A DNA stretch of 64,000 nucleotides from positions 17,608,001 through 17,672,000 of the forward strand of contig OZ024755.1 in the NCBI GenBank assembly GCA_964016885.1, in the 5' to 3' direction. The translations under genes and the position numbers were made by a program. Under the pieces are notes generated by a model. It did not search any database. It saw only the letters and a program-made list of their open reading frames with translations, and was not told the DNA's origin. The DNA comes from Eledone cirrhosa (lineage: Eukaryota). Of this stretch, positions 56,718 through 64,000 are shown piece after piece; position 1 is the stretch's first letter; each line of letters opens with the position of its first letter.

Positions 56718-57582
56718 CTGTAAAATGATAAGAGGCAATTGACTTTAAAATGACCATATCAACTAACTAATCGGCCGTAATTGCTAGGTCCCTGTCTGTT
56801 ATTATTACACAGTAATAACGACTTCTGAAGGTGGGTCGCCGTCGGCTGTCGATTGTTTGACATTATCACAGAGATAGCGTTTGTTTGTTTGTTCGTTAGT
56901 CCTTCCTCTAACCCTCTCCTCACCTCTATATTTCCTTCGTCTACAACAAGTTCTTATTTTTAATAAGTTAGGAGTGTGTATGAGTGTGGGAAAAGTGGAA
57001 AGTCGTAACCGATAAATCCCACCGCTTTAACTCCAATATCGTCTATCATATTTTATACTTTGATTGTTCTACCATAAAGTCTTTTCATACCTTTTCTTTA
57101 TCTTTTGAAAGCAATAATACTACTACTAATAATGATTTCTGGCTTAGGCACAAGGCCGGCAATTAAAGGGAAGAGGGTAAAGTCGATTAAATCGACCCAG
57201 TGTATTACTGGTGCTTTATTTATCGACCACGTAAGGATGTAAGGCAAAGCTAACCTCGGCGGAATTGGAACTCAGAACTTAAAGGGTTGTAACTTTATGC
57301 TGCAAAGCATGTTGTCCGATGCTCTACTGGTTCTACCAATCCACCGCCCTGATGAAGATTTCTACCTTAGGCACAAGGCAAGAAATTTGGGGAGAGAGGG
57401 AAAGCCGATTAAATCGACCCCCAATGCATTACTGGTGCTTTATTTTATCGACCCCCGTAAGGAAGAAAATCAAAGCTAACCTCGGCAGAATTTGAACTAA
57501 GAAACTCTCTCACAGCAAGATTGTATTGTTCACAAAACTGATTAATGTGTAGCATACGGAGCTTGTTATTATTTTGTTAATA

Positions 57583-57900
57583 GGTGGGTAAATATTGCGA
57601 CGATGGCCTGTGTGAATGGGCCTACTCTGACCATGCGCCTGTAGGCTGACTGATTTAGAGAGGTGAGGGGCACCCTCTTAGGGTACTCCTGGAGCGTTGG
57701 GTGGTTTAGGATTTGTGGTGTTCCTAAATCATCCCTGGATGGTGCTCGCCCCTATTGGCAAATTTTCATTGTTATGCATTTTGTTGTTTGTTGTTATGTT
57801 TATATATTTTACTCGATTTGTATGTAAAGCTCCACTGTCCCTGGTCTTTGTATTGTCCCTCTTTTGTCAGCTCTTGTGGCAAATATAGAGAAATAATTAT
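57583..57900 (+). mobile_element. Diverged L1/Tx1 3' end (another remnant at ~36085-36180, minus strand)
   Basis: RWVNIATMACVNGPTLTMRL* matches RWVKVARMARVNGPSLYIRL*; 3' end ttgtggcaaatatagagaaat. Confidence 0.7.
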
Positions 57901-58303
57901 TCATTTTAGCTCTTGTGTGGAGAATGTTTTAAGTGCCAGAGAGGGTCTCAGAATACCTTGAAAGCCCGAGGGCCGACAATGAGTTAGCTTCGGTTCATGG
58001 ATAGCTTTGGATTGGGTTAGAGGTTTGTGTTTAAGTTAAGACATTGACGGTCACACACACACACCCATGGGCGGATGTAATAGGGGGCAATTTCCCTGAG
58101 TCCCCTGCAGTGTGTGGGGAGGCAGGCACCATCGACCGCTATAGCAATTTATTTGTTCCCTCAGCTGGGCTTTTTAATTATAGGATGGTTAGAATTTCTT
58201 AATCTAAAACCTGTATGTCTAACTTCAATTCCAATTACTTGCGCCAAGCTAACTTTGATGTGTAAAATTGGGGGTTGGCTTGCTGTGTATTCTGTTTTGT
58301 GTG

Positions 58304-58684
58304 CAAGGCCGGATTTAGATTTGATGAGGCCCTAAGCTATTTGAGATAATGAGGCCCTTTATATGTTATAAAAAATGTTATAAAAACTCCAAAACTATTA
58401 AAGCAGAAAACTGTTTTAAACTATTGCATTATTTTAGTTCTTAGTTCGTAAGGATGAGAGGTTGACTTTGCCTTTCATCCTTACGGGGTCGATAAAATAA
58501 AGTACCAGTAATGAACTGGGTAATTGCTGGCCTTGTGCCTAAAGTAGAAACAATTATTTTAATTCTTTTTTATCTTATATTTTGGAAATGTACACACCGT
58601 TTTTTTTTCAATTTTTTGGGGGGCCCCAAGAAAGTGGGGGCCCTAAGCTATAGCTTGTTTAGCTTATACGTAAATCCCACTCTG
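58304..58684. mobile_element. Degenerate hAT-like MITE with a nested SINE fragment (58460-58557)
   Basis: caaggccggattta ... taaatcccactctg termini with internal ggccctaagcta motifs; related fragment near 43070-43105. Confidence 0.5.
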
Positions 58685-59794
58685 TGTGTGTGTGTGTGTG
58701 TGTATGAGGGGCGCCCTGGGCCCCTAATGTCTAAATCCAACCCTACACACACACACAATATATAGTATATATATATATATGTACGTATGTATATTATTCA
58801 TATAATATAAAGGTACGTTGGTGAGCGTGTGTGTTGTTTGGTGAATGGATCATTGTTTCTTTTAACTGTTCACCTGAGGAACGACATGACATGACACGAT
58901 ACTCCATATGTCAATTCTGATTGTCCTTTTTCTTTTAAATCACCCACTTCCACCAATCTTGTCATCTCCCCAAGTGTCGTCTGTAAAATGATAAGAGGCA
59001 ATTGACTTTAAAATGACCATATCAACTAACTAATCGGCCGTAATTGCTAGGTCCCTGTCTGTTATTATTACACAGTAATAACGACTTCCAAAGGTGTATT
59101 AAAAAAAAATACTGAAGGTGGGTCGCCGTCGGCTGTCGATTGTTTGACATTATCACAAAGATAACGTTTGTTTGTTTGTTCGTTCGTTAGTCCTTCCTCT
59201 AACCCTCTCCTCACCTCTATATTTCCTTCGTCTACAACAAGTTCTTATTTTTAATAAGTTAGGAGTGTGTATGAGTGTGGGAAAAGTGGAAAGTCGTAAC
59301 CGATAAATCCCACCGCTTTAACTCCAATATCGTCTATCATATTTTATACTTTGATTGTTCTACCATAAAGTCTTTTCATACCTTTTCTTTATCTTTTGAA
59401 AGCAATAATACTACTACTAATAATGGTTTCTGGCTTAGGCACAAGGCCGGCAATTAAAGGGAAGAGGGTAAAGTCGATTAAATCGACCCAGTGTATTACT
59501 GGTGCTTTATTTATCGACCACGTAAGGATGAAAGGCAAAGCTAACCTCGGCGGGATTGGAACTCAGAACTTAAAGGGTTGTAACTTTATGCTGCAAAGCA
59601 TGTTGTCCGATGCTCTACTGGTTCTACCAATCCACCGCCCTGGTGAAGATTTCTACCATAGGCACAAGGCAAGAAATTTGGGGAGAGAGGGAAAGCCGAT
59701 TAAATCGACCCCAATGCATTACTGGTGCTTTATTTTATCGACCCTCGTAAGGAAGAAAATCAAAGCTAACATAACACATAAACACACATAAACA

Positions 59795-59825
<31 letters not shown>

Positions 59826-59828
59826 ATA

Positions 59829-59886
<58 letters not shown>

Positions 59887-60559
59887 GTATCTATATTATT
59901 CATATAATATAAAGGTACGTTGGTGAGATTGTGTGTTGTTTAGTGAATGGATCATTGTTTCTTTTAACTGTTCACCTGAGGAACGACAGGACATGACATA
60001 ACACTCCATATGTCAATTCTGATTGTCCTTTTTATTTATTTATTTTTTTGTTTACTTCTTCCCAAGTGTAAATCTCAGGGAGATTCAACATAACAGTACG
60101 GTGACAAGATTGACTGATTGAATTACAGGTTCCATCCGACTGGCTTGCAAACATTTTCCGTCTACCCAGTGTCACTCACAGGGCATGGGTTGATTGGACG
60201 CTATGGTAAATAACGCCCAAGATGACACTGACTGGGATCGAACTCGGCACCTTATGATTATATAGTGGACCTTTTAAACATTCGGCAATGCTGCGTATTC
60301 TCTCTCTTCTTTCTCTCTCTCTTCTTTCTCTCTCTCTTCTCTCTCTCTCTCCTTTCTCTCTCTCCTTTCTCTCTCTATCTCTCCTTTCTCTCTCTCTTTT
60401 CTTTCTCTCTCTCATTGAAATTTCACTCACAATGTATTGGACAACCCGGAGCTATAAGCAGAAAACACTTTCTCGCGGTCTCTCACTGTAGGATTGAATC
60501 CGAAACCACCTCAACTATACTCTGAATTCCCTAAACACACTTACAATATCTACTAGAAT

Positions 60560-60703
60560 CAGTGCCGGATTTACCATTGTGCTTAGGTGTGTTTAAAAAC
60601 AGGGCCCCGTTGGCCAGTGGCAGGGGACCATTTTCTCGACAAAAAAGTTTTACCTCCTTGAAAGTCCAAGTAAGGGGCCTCATTTGTCTTAAACCCGGCA
60701 CTG
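60560..60703. mobile_element. hAT-type MITE, 144 bp
   Basis: 14-bp TIR cagtgccggattta / taaacccggcactg (1 mismatch) and a perfect 8-bp TSD actagaat at 60552-60559 and 60704-60711. Confidence 0.9.
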
Positions 60704-61549
60704 ACTAGAATACAACTACACGGCACTCAAAAATTACTATTGTACGAGACAACGGAGAAGTTTCTATGTGGTCGTTCGGCCTGAGGCTCAGATGTTCACA
60801 TTGCAATCTCGTAGTTCTATGTTCGATTCTACTGCGTGAAACCTTGGTCAACTGTATTCTACCGAAGTCACGAATCAAGTTAAACCGTGTGAATGAAATT
60901 TTGTAGAAAGCCTGTTCGTTAGATTGTATATATTCCCGGCTGGTAGACTAATTCGTCGCTTAGTTTAACGCCATCATTCTGACGCTTGGGTGCTTCTAAT
61001 AGAGTTGTTATTTTGTTGCAGGAATTCGAGCAATATTTACGGATCTCAGGATAATATCTTCACCCCCTATTCCTCTCACAAGTCTCACCATAAGCTCCCT
61101 CCGTTCTCCCCATGTCCACACCCCCAATAAACCCCATTAAAAATTATTCTTCACTGGTATCTTGTGACGATTAATGAATGTCACAGAGATTAGTAAAATA
61201 ATAGCAGGCTTTCGTGCCAGAATTGAAATAACCCCCCACGGGATATTACTGCTGGGTTTATTTAGTTCAATACATGGAAGGTTTTGATGGGAATGTGACA
61301 CCATACAGGACTTGGCCGTCTGAATCATTTCCTCAATTTTGCATCGTAATTGGATTTTTGAAAACAAAAAAAAATTCGATAATCAACTCCCTTTCCTTTC
61401 TCATTCTACCACACACCCTCCTATCCCCGTCTCTCCCTTCTCTCCTTCCCTTCTCTCTCTCCTTTTTTCTCCCTCCCTTCTCTCCCTCCTTTTTTCTCCC
61501 TCCATTCTCTCCCTCTTCTCCACCCCCTCTCTCTTCCATCTTTCTCCCC

Positions 61550-61770
61550 ATCTCTCCTTCTTTCTCCCTATCTCTCTCTACTTCTTTCTCCCTATCTCTC
61601 TCTACTTCTTTCTCCCTATCTCTCTCTACTTCTTTCTCCCTAACTCTCTCTACTTCTTTCTCCCTATCTCTCTCTACTTCTTTCTCCCTATCTCTCTCTA
61701 CTTCTTTCTCCCTATCTCTCTCTACTTCTTTCTCCCTATCTCTCTCTACTTCTTTCTCCCTAACTCTCCC
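61550..61770. repeat. 24-bp CT-rich minisatellite
   Basis: ctttctccctatctctctctactt, ~9 units. Confidence 0.9.
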
Positions 61771-62244
61771 TCCTTCTCTCTCCCGCCCTCTATCTTTCTC
61801 TCTCCCTATTCTCCCCCTCCCTCTCTTTCCCCTTATGTTTCCTTTTCCCCTCCCTATCTCACCCTCTTTCTCTCTCCCTCCAGCACACAATCTACTTAGA
61901 TCTCTCCCTTGCACACACATATATACATACACGCAAAGAAAATGATTCTTCTACAGAAACTTATGCCATTTTTAACAATTTTTATTTATAATTAAATTTC
62001 CAGCCTCTGATTAATAATTATATATTTTATTTCGGAAAAAAAACCCCCAAGAGAATCCGTTATTTTCAAAATGATAGTTATTTAACGTGAAATTTCTAAG
62101 AGAAATTACGTACTTGAAATTCAATAGTTAAATATTTGAAGCAATAATAAGCTTTTGGGTGAATATATTACTTAAATCTTTTATAATTAAACTTTATAGC
62201 CATGTATTCGTTCGTATTTGCTGTTTGTTTTTATTATTAGTATT

Positions 62245-62720
62245 AGGGCGGTGAATTGGCAGTATTGGTAGAGGGTCGGACGCCATGCTTTGACGCATAG
62301 AGTTACGGCCCTTTCCATTCTGAGTTCAAATCCCGCCGAGGTTAACTTTGCCTTTCATCCTTACGGGGTCGATAAAATAAAGTACCAGTAATACACTGCG
62401 TAATTGCTGGTCTTGTGCCTAACGTAGAAACAATTATTAGTATTCAGTGGTGGATTGGCAGTATTGGTAGAACGTCGGACACCATGCTTTGCAGCATAGA
62501 GTTGTGGCCCTTTGCGTTCTGAATTCAAATCCCGCCGAGGTTAACTTTGTGTAAGAATTTTTATTAGTTATGTAAGAATTTTTATTAGTTATGCTTAAAA
62601 CACCAGCTTAATGATGAGGAATTCTAACTTTGCCTTTCATCCTTACGGGATCGATAAAATAAAGCACCAGTAATGCACTGGGGTAATTGCTAGCCTTGTG
62701 CCAAAAGTAGAAACAATTAT
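62245..62720 (+). mobile_element. SINE family 1 copies, the second interrupted
   Basis: Full copy 62245-62437; split copy 62446-62550 plus 62625-62720. Confidence 0.85.
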
Positions 62721-63572
62721 TAATATTCAGTAAAAGGGCATCTATCTAACCGTAGAAAACTTGCCAAGCAAAGGCTCGGGAGGACCCTTCAGTCGTGACA
62801 AGGGCTTGACAGTCTCCCTAGTGTTGGTGGTCTACAGAATAAACGCGCTCAGTACCCACTGTAAAGTGGTTGGTGGTGGGAAGGACATCCAGCCGTAGAA
62901 GGTTTGCCAAACAAAGAGTCGGGAGGGCATAAACGAGACAACAGATCCTTGGCCTATCTGGGCTATCAGTAGCCACTGCTTTAAAACTGACTTGGTCTCT
63001 ATGTAGACCCGTCCAACCCTTGCTAGCAGGGAAAGCGGGCGTTAAAACAATGATGATGATGATGATGTTATGCTATGTTTTTCTTTTTGTTTTGTATGTT
63101 CAGAGCATAGGATCTGTTAGGGCGTTCTTCTTATATGTCGTAGCTACGAGGGTCGACTGGAACGTTCATAGACTGACTATGATTGAGTGATGCTAGAGCT
63201 GTGAAATGTGAACCTGTAGTTCACACATCTCCATTCCATTGTCTTACAAACACTTCAATCGTTCACATTTTTTTCTTCTTCTTCTTCTTCTTCTTCTTCT
63301 TCTTCACCTTAATTACACACCCATGGTACACGTGCACAAAACAACTGTTTCCAACTAAAAACGTGTAATTAGATATTAAGAAGATATACGAGGATCAGCT
63401 GAGAAGTTCATAGATTGACTATGAATGAGTGATGCTAGAGCTGTGAACAATTAATAAGCGGGGATGGAGATGGAATAAGAGCGGGGGGGGGGGGGCTGAA
63501 AATGCGAAAAAATTAATAAGTGGGGAAGGGACGATTATTCGAGACCCAAGAACATAAACTTCGTGTGTAAAT

Positions 63573-63954
63573 AATTGTTTCTTTTGTCGGCACAAGGCCA
63601 GCAATTTTCCCAGTGCATTACTGGTACTTTATTTTATCGACCCCGTAAGGTTGAAAGGCAAAGTTAACCTCGGCGGGATTTGAACTCAGACCGTAAAGGG
63701 ACGTAACTCTATGCTGAAAAGCATGGCGTCTGACCCTCTATCAATACTGCCAATCCACCACCCTGGAGTTTCTACTTTTGGCACAAGGCCAGCGATTACT
63801 CCAGTGCATTACTGGTACTTTATTTTATCGACCTTGTAAGGATGAAGGGCAAAGTTAACCTCGGCGGATTTAAACTCAGAACGCAAGGGGCCATAACTCT
63901 ATGCTGCAAAGCATGGTGTATGACGCTCTACCGATACTGCCAATCCACCGCCCT
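63573..63954 (-). mobile_element. Two tandem SINE family 1 copies
   Basis: Matches consensus on the minus strand. Confidence 0.88.
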
Positions 63955-64000
63955 GTGTGTGTATATAATGATTGTAAATAATTGTTTTGATGTTTAGTAA

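Larger units (their letters stand above)
56520..59770. repeat. Local segmental duplication (~56520-57480 vs ~58783-59770; partial third copy ~59885-60032)
   Basis: Near-identical ~1-kb blocks that include two SINEs; a ~24-bp indel near 59088-59112. Confidence 0.92.

Noticed and set aside
61274-61945. REKEVERD repeat and Ser/Leu/Phe-rich ORFs
   Set aside because: 24-bp CT-rich minisatellite.

Overview
AT-rich eukaryotic (animal) DNA dominated by (TA)n/(CA)n/(CT)n/(CCA)n microsatellites and short interspersed repeats. The repeat content looks like a coleoid cephalopod, probably Octopus (inference from repeat style only). No complete protein-coding gene is recognisable, and nearly all supplied ORFs are microsatellite translations. 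Supported content: a full-length but frameshifted DD37D (maT, Tc1/mariner) transposon; piggyBac-, hAT-, pogo/Tigger- and mariner-type MITEs; about 30 copies of a tRNA-derived SINE plus CORE-type SINEs with RTE-like tails; RTE and L1/Tx1 LINE 3' fragments; minisatellites and local duplications; and a few isolated candidate exons. The most notable unexplained structure is a set of short non-coding elements, apparently Penelope-like, that carry hammerhead-ribozyme cores and fold back into near-perfect palindromes at recurrent positions. There is also a ~600-bp non-autonomous RTE-like element with a partial HDV-like ribozyme fold at its 5' end. Coordinates were read by eye, so repeat boundaries are approximate.
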